DNA of 64,000 nt. Origin: an uncultured Cellvibrionales bacterium (GTDB lineage Bacteria; Pseudomonadota; Gammaproteobacteria; Pseudomonadales; Porticoccaceae). Under the pieces are notes generated by a model. It did not search any database and was not told the DNA's origin. It saw only the letters and a list, made by a program, of their open reading frames with translations. How positions within the stretch are numbered: the stretch's first letter is position 1; the number at the start of each line of letters is the position of its first letter. The stretch covers positions 1,579 to 65,578 of the forward strand of contig CAJWMT010000002.1 in NCBI GenBank assembly GCA_913044275.1, in the 5' to 3' direction. Shown in pieces: positions 52,479 to 61,782 of the stretch. The translations under genes were made by a program, and so were the position numbers.

Positions 52479-53371
52479 TAATCTCTAAGCAGTCCCTTTG
52501 AGATCGCTTCTAGAGATAACTTTGCCAATCCGGCAAAACCCCTCTTATTGTTTTCGTGAGTCAGAAAGATTCCACTACTTTCGCTATCCCAGACAACTGC
52601 TTCCCACTGATCATGGGGGGCTATTTCCATTGATTTATGGCTTGCCCAATCGACACCGAAATCCGATGTTGGTGCAAGCCACAAGATGGTCTTTCCTCCT
52701 TCAGATGTCTTTTTGGTGCTGATTAGAACCAGCTGTCTGGTTTTAGGGTGAATGTCGGCAGCAGTGACTAAAGAGTTCACAGGCAGCACTTGGGTTGTTT
52801 TGGAGCGATAGTGTCCCGGCAACTTTGGAAACCGGTAAAGATTTGAATTTCTATCTCCTCTGTTCTTGGTGAAGAGCCATACTTCATCACCATGAATTGC
52901 GATTGCTTCAGAGTCGAAATCGTGAGACATAGGCAGACCGCTTCTATAATCAGCATATATAAAAGTGATTTTCTGGGCAGAGGGCTCTGGTTGCTCTATA
53001 TCCTCCCAAGCTATTCGATATATGGTTAATTTTCTTCGACGATTAAAGTTATTGCCTATATCGCCTATATATAGGAAGTTAGCGTCACTTGCCAACGATT
53101 CCCAATCAGAATTGATAGTGTTTTCCATCTGGTAGGATTTGAGCTCATTCCCAATTTTATCAAGCTTAAAAATTAAAGCTCCGTTTCCGCTGTCATTCAA
53201 GGTCCATAAATGTTTTCCTCGACTAGCTAGTGCCGAACTCTCATGAAGAGCGGAGCTGAATTGCATAATTGCCCTTGGTTCCAATGGCGCTTCACTTGAG
53301 TTTGTGGGTTGGACTAACGCCAAAAGTATCAGTGCCAATAATTTTAAATTGCTTTTGCAAAGGCCTTTCAT
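52457..53371 (-). CDS. Secreted hypothetical protein, probable beta-propeller
   Basis: Signal peptide; ESSAL, LWTLNDSGN, DWESLA, LYIGDIGNN, DSEA motifs. Confidence 0.75.
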   Translation of the reverse strand: MKGLCKSNLKLLALILLALVQPTNSSEAPLEPRAIMQFSSALHESSALASRGKHLWTLNDSGNGALIFKLDKIGNELKSYQMENTINSDWESLASDANFLYIGDIGNNFNRRRKLTIYRIAWEDIEQPEPSAQKITFIYADYRSGLPMSHDFDSEAIAIHGDEVWLFTKNRGDRNSNLYRFPKLPGHYRSKTTQVLPVNSLVTAADIHPKTRQLVLISTKKTSEGGKTILWLAPTSDFGVDWASHKSMEIAPHDQWEAVVWDSESSGIFLTHENNKRGFAGLAKLSLEAISKGLLRDYQRPSTE

Positions 53372-53523
53372 ATAGAAAACTTGCTAATTGTTTTTTAAGA
53401 ACAGGAGCTAGTGTAACACGTCAGTTTTACCTTTCGGCGCAGAGTTCGGGCTTTTGCTCAGCGGGATGGTATCTTATGCAAGGAAATTTATTTTCCGCCT
53501 GGAAAAGAAACGATTTGAGTTTG

Positions 53524-54972
53524 TTAGTCAGAGGACAACCATCTCTCGGTAATAGTTTTTTATAGTATACAATCTCACGCCATTCGGGCCATAGGCAGCA
53601 AGATCACCAAATCGGGAATCCTTCCACCCACCAAAGCTATGGTTCGCTGCAGGCACTGGAAGCGGAACATTAATTCCTACCACTCATCCTGAATGCCGCT
53701 CGCAAACTGTCGGGCTGCATGTCCATCTCGAGTAAATATACTTGCATCATTCCCACATGGATTTACGTTGACTATTTCTAGGGCTTCTGGGGCTGTTTCG
53801 GCGCGCATGAGGCAAAGTACGGGTCCAACATTTCTTCCTGTTAAATTCTCATACCGGTTTTGACATTGTCGAGGAGACATCCACCAAGAAAATATCTTGG
53901 CTGCTGGCAGCAGTTGTTTAGGCGGCCATCAACCAGCAGATAGGCGCCTTTACTAACCCCTGACTCAACTAAAGCGAGTATCTTGTCGAGTTGGACAGCG
54001 CTATTTATAGGTCCCATATCCAAATTCTGTCTTCCCGATCCTATAGTTAATCGGGCCACTTTATTGGCAAGCGTATTTGCCAGCTGATCACAGGTTTCTC
54101 GTCCGACAATAACGACTACCGATAATGCCATGCAATGTTGCCCGCAATACCCAGAAGCCGCGCCCACGATGGCATCTGAGATCATTTCCAGATCTGCACC
54201 GGGGTAGCACAATTGCGTGATTTTTGGCGCCACCAAGAGCTTGAAATGGCTTGCCACTTGTGCTTAAAACACTATAGATGGCTGTCGCGGCCGGAGTAGA
54301 ACCTACAAAACTTACGGCACTAATTTCCGGACATTGCATCAGTTTATCAGCTGTAGAAAGATCACTTTGAACCACATTGAGCACGCCCGCAGGCAAACCA
54401 GCCTCATGGAAGAGTTCCGCAAGGCGCAAGCTAGTGGAGGGACCCTTTTTGGATAATTTCAGTATAAAGGTATTTCCACAGGCTACTGCAAGTCGGAACA
54501 TCCATAAAGGCACCATAGCTGGGAAATTAAAAGGTGTGATACCCAAACAGATGCCTAGTGGGGCAAATTCACTCCACCTGCCTATATCTGGGCCAACTGA
54601 TTTGCTATGTTCACCCTTTAGATGCTCTGAGATACCATATGCGTACTCAATATTTTCGAGGCCTCGACCTGGCTCGCCCTTGGCATCTTCCATAGTCTTG
54701 CCGTGCTGTTTTGTAATAATTGAGCAGATTTCGTCGCTATTGGCGGCTATGAGTAAGTGGTATGCCAAGATGATCCTGCCTCTTTTGGCCGGATGAATAG
54801 CAGACCATGCTGGAAATGCGCGTCTGGCAGAGTTCGCTGCCTGCGCTATAATCTCATCGTCCCCCTTTTGGGTTAATGGCTACCTGCTCTCCATTGGATG
54901 GATCATACACAGGGAGTGTGTAGGTTTTCGCTGAGACCGTGCGGCCCCGATGAAATGGTTTATTTTTTTCAA
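53524..54972 (-). pseudogene. mmsA: CoA-acylating (methyl)malonate-semialdehyde dehydrogenase pseudogene with multiple frameshifts
   Basis: Fragments in shifting frames: KKINHFIG / LPVYDPSNGE / AFPAWS..ITPFNFPAMVPLW..SFVGST..QALGGAKNHAIV / GQHCMA..MGP / GPVL..IFTRDG / [20 protein letters not shown] / KTITERW. Confidence 0.9.
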
Positions 54973-55094
54973 AATGCCGCTCCCAGTCAGGACAGAGAGT
55001 AGTCATTATAATCCCATGAGGCTAAACGGGAAAATAGGGTGATTTAAGGCGTTATCGGCATCGGATTCATCTTCTGCGATAGGGCAACAATCTT

Positions 55095-55103
55095 GGGGGG
55101 GGG
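55095..55103. repeat. G9 homopolymer in a divergent intergenic region
   Basis: tctt-GGGGGGGGG-atg. Confidence 0.9.
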
Positions 55104-55232
55104 ATGAGATGCACATGCTGTTCTTAGATGTGAGGATCAAAATTCAATTTCACAGTGATTGGCCTTCACACCACGCTAAATTAAAAATAGTTTTATAATA
55201 AGGGGCTATTCAGAGAAAATAGGGAAACTATC

Positions 55233-56921
55233 ATGTTATCCAAGAGTTATGTGCATGGTTCCAGTTCGTCCAATTTGCTGGGAGAAACATTAGGCGCGAA
55301 CTTTGATGCCGCGGCAGAGCGATGGAGTGACAGAGAAGCGCTAGTGGTAAGGCATCAAAACTTGCGCTGGACCTATAAAGACCTTAAGAAGCGAGTGGAC
55401 GCATTCGCTGCAGGACTACTTAGCCTCGGTCTGGAGACGGGTGACCGAGTAGGCATCTGGTCTCAAAACAATAGCGAGTGGGTGGTAACACAGTATGCGA
55501 CTGCTAAAGCAGGTTTAATTCTCGTTAATATAAATCCTGCCTACAGAGCGCTCGAACTTGAGTACGCGATTAATAAGGTAGGGTGCAAAGCACTTATCTT
55601 GTCTGAAAGATTTAAGTCTAGTAACTATATTGAGATGCTGAAGGAGTTGGTACCTTCATTGACTCAAAGCCATCCAGGGGAGTTGGGGTCCAAACGTCTC
55701 ACAACGCTCAGTCACGTGATTCAAATAGGAGGAAAAACCTCGAGGGGCTGTTTTGACTTTACTGAAGTTATTGAAATGGTTTCCCCGAAGAGCTTGGAGC
55801 GACTGGAGCAACTCGCGTCAGGATTGCAGTTTGACGATCCTATTAACATTCAGTTTACCAGCGGCACAACCGGATCGCCTAAGGGAGCAACTCTAACTCA
55901 TTTCAATTCGCTCAATAATGGATTCTCGACTGGAGAGGTGCTGAAGCTCGGTCCCAAAGACCGACTCTGTGTACCAGTTCCACTTTACCATTGCTTTGGT
56001 ATGGTGCTAAGTAATATAGCCGCGCTAACACATGGTGCTTCAGTGGTTTATCCTGATGAGACTTTTGATCCTCTGAAGGTTCTTGAGGCCATTGAGGCTG
56101 AAAAATGCACAGCATTACATGGCGTCCCAACCATGTTTATAGCCCAATTGGAGCACCCCAGATTTAGTGAGTTTGACCTGTCGTCGCTCAGAACCGGCAT
56201 AATGGCTGGATCGCCCTGCCCCATTGAAATAATGCGACGGGTAGTGGAGGAGATGCATTGTCAAGAGCTGACGATTGCTTATGGAATGACCGAAACGAGT
56301 CCTACAATTAGTCAGACTCGGACCGACGACGCTATTGAAAGACGCGTGTCAACGGTCGGAACAGTTTTTCCAAATGTTGAGGTTAAGATTACGAATAAAA
56401 TTGGACAGGTAGTACCAATTGGTGATACCGGCGAGCTTTTGGCACGCGGTTACAGCGTAATGAGCGGTTATTGGGCTGATCCGGATAGGACGTCTGAAAG
56501 TGTTGATTCGGCGGGCTGGATGCACACAGGGGATCTAGCAACCATGGATTCTGATGGATACCTTAATATTGTAGGTCGGGTCAAAGATATGGTGATTAGA
56601 GGTGGCGAAAACATTTATCCTCGGGAGGTAGAAGAATTTCTTCATCGAAATCCCAAAATAACAGATGTGCAAGTTTTTGGTGTTCCGGATGCCAAGTATG
56701 GAGAAGAGTTGTGCGCTTGGATTGTTTTGAAGCATGGAGAGAAAGCGGATGCGGATGAGATCCGCGAGTTTTGTAGAGGTCAAATTTCTCACTTCAAAAT
56801 TCCTAGATATGTTCAATTTGTTGCGGAATTTCCAATGACGGTTACTGGAAAAGTGCAAAAGTTTTCGATGCGCGATTCAATGATTGAAAAACTCAGTTTG
56901 AATGCTTTAATGACAGCTTAG
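55233..56921 (+). CDS. Acyl-CoA synthetase (AMP-binding; YngI/ACSF2-like)
   Basis: [51 protein letters not shown]. Confidence 0.93.
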   Translation: MLSKSYVHGSSSSNLLGETLGANFDAAAERWSDREALVVRHQNLRWTYKDLKKRVDAFAAGLLSLGLETGDRVGIWSQNNSEWVVTQYATAKAGLILVNINPAYRALELEYAINKVGCKALILSERFKSSNYIEMLKELVPSLTQSHPGELGSKRLTTLSHVIQIGGKTSRGCFDFTEVIEMVSPKSLERLEQLASGLQFDDPINIQFTSGTTGSPKGATLTHFNSLNNGFSTGEVLKLGPKDRLCVPVPLYHCFGMVLSNIAALTHGASVVYPDETFDPLKVLEAIEAEKCTALHGVPTMFIAQLEHPRFSEFDLSSLRTGIMAGSPCPIEIMRRVVEEMHCQELTIAYGMTETSPTISQTRTDDAIERRVSTVGTVFPNVEVKITNKIGQVVPIGDTGELLARGYSVMSGYWADPDRTSESVDSAGWMHTGDLATMDSDGYLNIVGRVKDMVIRGGENIYPREVEEFLHRNPKITDVQVFGVPDAKYGEELCAWIVLKHGEKADADEIREFCRGQISHFKIPRYVQFVAEFPMTVTGKVQKFSMRDSMIEKLSLNALMTA

Positions 56922-57065
56922 GTCGAAGTATTCGGAGTAAAACATGATTGCGTGCCTTGTGCGTTCTTTTGAATTCGGCAGTTGCACTTGGTTAGAAAAA
57001 TATAATGTGGTTTGGATTATAAATCTTAATGGATTTTGTTCCTTCGATTTTGGCGGACGAGGGTT

Positions 57066-57944
57066 ATGCTGATTAAAGAAAAAATTAAACTTGGAGAATT
57101 TTTCTGTGCGCCGGGAATTCCAGATATGATTTCAGCTATCGTGGCCAAGAAAATTGGTTTTGATGCGGTTTATGCATCTGGCTACTGGATGGGTGCATCA
57201 GCTTATGGGTTGCCTGATGCCGGGATTATCACGCTTACACAGATGATTGATCGAGTTTCGACATTAGTTGAGGTTGTTGGAGAGGCAGCCGTTATTGCGG
57301 ATGCCGATACTGGATTCGGAGGGTTGTTGAATGTCAGAGAAACCGTGCGCTCATACGAGAAAGCCGGCGCACAAATTATCCAGTTAGAAGACCAAGAATT
57401 CCCTAAAAAATGTGGGCACCTTAGGGGCAAACGCTTGGAAGATGTTGACACAATGGCATCTAAAATTAAGGTGGCAAGAGAAGCTGTTCAGAACGAAAAT
57501 ACTTTGATTGCTGCTCGGACTGACTGTCATCAGTCTGAGGGGATGAGCGGCGTTATGGCAAGACTTGAATCTTATATCAGTGCAGGGGCCGATATTGTTT
57601 TTCCAGAAGCATTGAGAACCGAGGAAGAAATGCACAAAGTTTGTTCGTCTTTTGATGTGCCTGTAATGGCTAATATGGCTGACGGAGGATTAACACCGAT
57701 CTTAGATGCCGATACGCTTTCAGATCTGGGATTCGCCTTTGCTATTTTCCCAGGAACTGCTGCACTCGCAGGAGCGGCGGCGGTTGAGAATGTCTTAAAT
57801 AGATTAAAGACGACAGGCACTAGTTCACATAGAGATATTGAGCTCTTCGATTTTGCAGAATTTTGTCAACTAATTGGTTTCGATGATATCGAGGTTTTTG
57901 AGGAAAAATGGCTTCGCTCAGCGGATGACAGAGAGTCCTCTTGA
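57066..57944 (+). CDS. Isocitrate lyase/PEP mutase family lyase (PrpB or 2,3-dimethylmalate lyase-like); start at ATG 57066
   Basis: IADADTGFG, LEDQEFPKKCGH, ARTD, FPEAL, ANM. Confidence 0.9.
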   Translation: MLIKEKIKLGEFFCAPGIPDMISAIVAKKIGFDAVYASGYWMGASAYGLPDAGIITLTQMIDRVSTLVEVVGEAAVIADADTGFGGLLNVRETVRSYEKAGAQIIQLEDQEFPKKCGHLRGKRLEDVDTMASKIKVAREAVQNENTLIAARTDCHQSEGMSGVMARLESYISAGADIVFPEALRTEEEMHKVCSSFDVPVMANMADGGLTPILDADTLSDLGFAFAIFPGTAALAGAAAVENVLNRLKTTGTSSHRDIELFDFAEFCQLIGFDDIEVFEEKWLRSADDRESS

Positions 57945-57997
57945 TCATCTTCGCGGTCTAACCGTTTTGCTGTGCCAAGACTATCTCTCGCGGTATT

Positions 57998-59017
57998 TTA
58001 AATTACGAAGTCTTCTCCTATGGCCTCACAGCTCTTCTCCCAGAGTAAATCTCTGGTATAAGGGTTGTCATAGAACCTTTCCAAGGGGTAGCTTAACGCC
58101 GGCCCTCTGAGCGCAGTCATGCCCATGCCCGGTCCCACAAATTGGCCAGAATTAATTTCGGGGTCAGCTATACACCTGATTATCCCCATGGCACCATCCT
58201 GTTGCGATTGTCCCATTTTCATCATTTGTCTAATTAACCACCTGCCTGTACCCCCTGAAGGCCCGGCACCACCATCTGCAATGGCCGTGCCTTGAAGATC
58301 TGTCTCGGCTACGCCAGGATGAGCAACCATTGCTTTTATTTTAGGATTTTTATCACGCAGTTTCATATGCAAGCATGCTGTAAATGCAGCATTAGCCAGT
58401 TTAGTTTGACCATAACGTTCCCATCTCCCACCTTGAAAAATGAAAAGACGTGTGCCATCTCCACCGAGGTTACCCCCTCGCTTTTCAAGATACTTTGGGT
58501 CGAGTTTTTTCACCATCAGCCGAGCCATGCTTGAATGATTAACTATTCTTGCTTCACCTCTTTTTTGCGCGGCCTCTTCCAGCAGTCGAAAAACCAATTT
58601 CGTCAACAAAAAATGAGACAGATGATTGGTTTGCATTTGCACATCGAAACCATCCGCAGTTGGCAAATCCTTTAGAGCCATAACCCCAGCGTTATTGCAA
58701 AGAATATCCAATCCTGCAGGGCATCTTGCCATTATCTCTGTGGCAGCAGATCGAACTGATTGAAAGCATTGTAAATCGCAATCAATTTTGAAAAATTTTC
58801 CGTTTGAGTTTGTTGCTTCCAGCAGCGCGAACGCGGTGTCAGCTCTTTTGGATGGGCGATTCAATAGTAGTATGTTTGCTCCTAATTTCCCACAAGCCCC
58901 TGCGGCGCTGAAACCAGTTCCAGTGGTCGTGCCCGTTATAGCAACTGTTTTACCTTCCAGACTTCTTAACCTCTGGAACGCCGTGTCAAAATGCTTGTTT
59001 TCAAGTTCCAATTTCAT
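57998..59017 (-). CDS. SDR oxidoreductase, retinol-dehydrogenase/WWOX-like subgroup (ORF track extends to 59077)
   Basis: TGTTTGTG, CNNAGVM, TNHLSHFLLT, YGQTK, HPG, LWEKS. Confidence 0.88.
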   Translation of the reverse strand: MKLELENKHFDTAFQRLRSLEGKTVAITGTTTGTGFSAAGACGKLGANILLLNRPSKRADTAFALLEATNSNGKFFKIDCDLQCFQSVRSAATEIMARCPAGLDILCNNAGVMALKDLPTADGFDVQMQTNHLSHFLLTKLVFRLLEEAAQKRGEARIVNHSSMARLMVKKLDPKYLEKRGGNLGGDGTRLFIFQGGRWERYGQTKLANAAFTACLHMKLRDKNPKIKAMVAHPGVAETDLQGTAIADGGAGPSGGTGRWLIRQMMKMGQSQQDGAMGIIRCIADPEINSGQFVGPGMGMTALRGPALSYPLERFYDNPYTRDLLWEKSCEAIGEDFVI

Positions 59018-59091
59018 ATGCTCTATCTCTATTTTACTTATTTTTTCAGAGATTCTTAACAATCCGACATACTGCAACCGCTATTGTTATA

Positions 59092-59610
59092 TTACTTTGT
59101 TAGTGCTCTAATTATATCATCCACTATTAGATCCGCTTTGTTTCTTATCTCTTCATTTGAGGCGTTTTGGATGGGATGCTGAACAAACACGCATTTCGCA
59201 TCTCTCATGCCCAATGCTTCCGATTGGCTATGGGCGGCAGAAATAAATTCCGATGAAGCTATGGTCACTGCCGGTTTCCCTTGCATTTCAAACCATATCG
59301 TGTCATGCAAACTGCATGACGTACAGGATCCTCAATCAGCTAAGGCCTCGATTACGAAATGGTAATCTTCATTAATTTCTTGCCGCAAGCTGTCTGGCGC
59401 TGGTCTAGAAAATGTCGGTTTGAAGAACCTAGTGAATTTAATCGATGGCAGTCTCTCAGAAAAATTCTCCTCTAATCGATCCAATAGAATATTACCCTTG
59501 GGTTTCGATATATCAAGAAGAGCTATATTGCCCTCTATAACACTCGTTCGACGTGCTAGTTGTCGCCCGACAGGGAGTGATTCGTTTGTTGGGTCGAGAA
59601 TTATTGTCAT
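59092..59610 (-). CDS. UGSC-family selenoprotein, 172 aa, Sec93 (ORF track splits it into 59332..59610 and 59092..59310)
   Basis: Minus strand reads GAG GCC TTA GCT GAT TGA GGA TCC TGT ACG TCA TGC AGT TTG CAT GAC = EALAD-U-GSCTSCSLHD; both halves are in frame and a hairpin follows the UGA. Confidence 0.92.
59302..59320 (-). promoter_or_regulatory. Bacterial SECIS element
   Basis: mRNA GUCAUGCA-GUU-UGCAUGAC: perfect 8-bp stem with a GU-containing apical loop, starting 11 nt after the UGA. Confidence 0.85.
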
Positions 59611-59658
59611 AATTTAGTCCTCCGCAGACATATATTAATCTATCACTAATAAAAAAAG

Positions 59659-61245
59659 CTAAATGGATTCGATTTTCCGTGAGACTGGCAGTGAGCCCCA
59701 TTTTCCATTTAGCCAACCATGATAGCAGCCAGTGAACTTGCCTGCTCCGCTGCCTGCTACAACAATATTTATGTCACTCTCATCGGCAAACTTAGAGACG
59801 GGCATATCCATTGTCTCTCTGGATAGGCTCAAAATTTCCTCCGGACGCAGTCCCGCGCTGGAGATATCATCTGGGATAAGATCTCTATAGCTTAAGCGAG
59901 TAATCTCTTGGATTCTTCTGCGCAAATCCTGCTTGGAAAAACCATCTTTTTTAAACAAGTCTGCGTGCTCAGGAGATACCACCAAAACGCATTGAGCCAC
60001 GCCATACACTTTGTGGTTTAGAATAGATCTGACTCCCTCAGCAATAGTGCCAGCGACACGTTCACTCTCAAGACCATATTCATCTATTATTACTGTCGGG
60101 CCGCTTGTCACTGCGCATACAGTTACGACTGATTCATCGGCCCTGAACCCTCGTTCAACATGGAGTGGTTGCCAAGGAGAGCGTTCTTCCCACTCAGCGA
60201 AGCAGCCCGTGTATTTCAGGGGGTTACCAAAAGTAGAACGCTCTGTACCCTCTGGTTTAGCCCCCCCAACGTTTCGGATTATGAGTCGAACAGCCCTTCC
60301 AATTGTTGCATTAGCTCGGTTGCCTTGGCCAAGTGCTCCTTGCTTATAGTTCATGCCTATCTTGTCTCGAATAGGACCGCTGACTATCAAGAGAGGGCTT
60401 GCGCCCAAAGTTGTTGCATAAACACCATGGATATTGAAAGCTTCATCGGAGAGTGCTTCGAGCGCGCCGATTATAACGGGTAGATAATCAGGTTTGCAGC
60501 CAGCCATTACGGAATTGATTGCAATTTTTTCTACAGTCAAAGTTCCCATATTTGGGGGCATAACCGCTACAATTTCACTAGGGTCACGTTCAGTTCCGGA
60601 GAGCATTTTGATTACTCTTTCCTGTGTCGGAGGAACCAAAGGGAGGCCATCCGAAAACCCCTGGTCATACATGAATTCAAAGGCATCATCAGCGCTACCC
60701 AATTCAATCTTTCTGGCGCTAATTCTGCTAGCCTCAGATATTGCTCTCAAACGGGAGCTATTGATCGGGTCGGCCGATAATGATCCGCAACCAGGACGCC
60801 ACTCGGGGAAATCATGCCAATCGATAATATCCTTGGTTGGGTTTTTTATAATATGTTTTACGAGCTGTTTCCAGTCATCTTTCACAAAACCCGCCAGTTT
60901 TCTTAGAATATAACCATCTTCACATACCGCAATTATTGTGGGAACAATTTCGATGTCCAATGCATAAGATACAAGCAATTCGCTATCATCGAGAATTTGA
61001 AAAGCGGGCTTATGCAGGTCGTTAAGGCGCTGATTGACCGAGAAATCCTGCGCGATCACATGCATTACAATATTACTTGAGAGACTTTTATGAAGAGCCT
61101 CGAGGAGGGGGGTTATTTCTTTGCAGGTTGGGCAATCCTCTTTTATAAAACAGATTAATGCTTGTTTGCCACGCGGAGAAGTAATTGGTTCACCGAAAAG
61201 ATTAAACAATTCATATGTTTTAAGTTTTTGCATGCAGCGGCTCAA
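59659..61245 (-). CDS. Thioredoxin/redoxin (CxxC) domain fused to an uncharacterised domain; partner of the UGSC protein (start possibly ATG 61233)
   Basis: FIKEDCPTC, IEIVPT, WRPGCGS; core DGLPLVPPTQERV, EKIAINSVMAGC, GNRANATIGRAVRL; ends 48 nt upstream of the UGSC gene. Confidence 0.85.
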   Translation of the reverse strand: MSRCMQKLKTYELFNLFGEPITSPRGKQALICFIKEDCPTCKEITPLLEALHKSLSSNIVMHVIAQDFSVNQRLNDLHKPAFQILDDSELLVSYALDIEIVPTIIAVCEDGYILRKLAGFVKDDWKQLVKHIIKNPTKDIIDWHDFPEWRPGCGSLSADPINSSRLRAISEASRISARKIELGSADDAFEFMYDQGFSDGLPLVPPTQERVIKMLSGTERDPSEIVAVMPPNMGTLTVEKIAINSVMAGCKPDYLPVIIGALEALSDEAFNIHGVYATTLGASPLLIVSGPIRDKIGMNYKQGALGQGNRANATIGRAVRLIIRNVGGAKPEGTERSTFGNPLKYTGCFAEWEERSPWQPLHVERGFRADESVVTVCAVTSGPTVIIDEYGLESERVAGTIAEGVRSILNHKVYGVAQCVLVVSPEHADLFKKDGFSKQDLRRRIQEITRLSYRDLIPDDISSAGLRPEEILSLSRETMDMPVSKFADESDINIVVAGSGAGKFTGCYHGWLNGKWGSLPVSRKIESI

Positions 61246-61782
61246 TAAGTTGAAATGACATTTTCTATTTTAGAGGTATCAGTAATTTAATTGTACACAA
61301 AGACCGTGAATGTAACGGTTCTTTTTGTGATCTTAGAAGTTCTGTGAGGTATCTTTGCTATAACGCAAAGTGGTCTATATTTAAGTTTTGCGCTAAACAT
61401 ATCTGGTGGCTTCAATCGGGCGGAATCAATCCCATACTCAACAGCATCGAATTCAAATAAGTAAGATGCTCGTCAAGATCCTTAAAGATCGTCACTGGCA
61501 TCTTTCTAAAAATGCCGGAAAATCTAGTCAGATGGCACAGATGCTAGATAAGATTTTATTTAAAATTAGAAATGGACTAGTCGGACCCTTCAAGCCGCAA
61601 ACTACTATGAAAGAGCGTTGGCAAACCAGTGTCTATATGTCTTACTCAGGCTTTTACGGATGGTTTGCTGCTTACAGTGAAATATGGGCGGCTCTCGGCT
61701 GTTCCCTAGACGAGAAATAGATGGCTGTTACGAGATTTACTCTTTACAGCAGTTGGCACGAATTTAAATGAACCTTGTCTTG

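Noticed and set aside
59092-59310. 72-aa ORF as an independent gene, and 59332..59610 as a complete 92-aa gene
   Set aside because: They are in frame across a single UGA in a UGSC motif with a SECIS-like hairpin, so one selenoprotein explains them better.
61406-61720. 104-aa ORF as a real CDS
   Set aside because: No RBS or recognisable domain; not listed as a feature.
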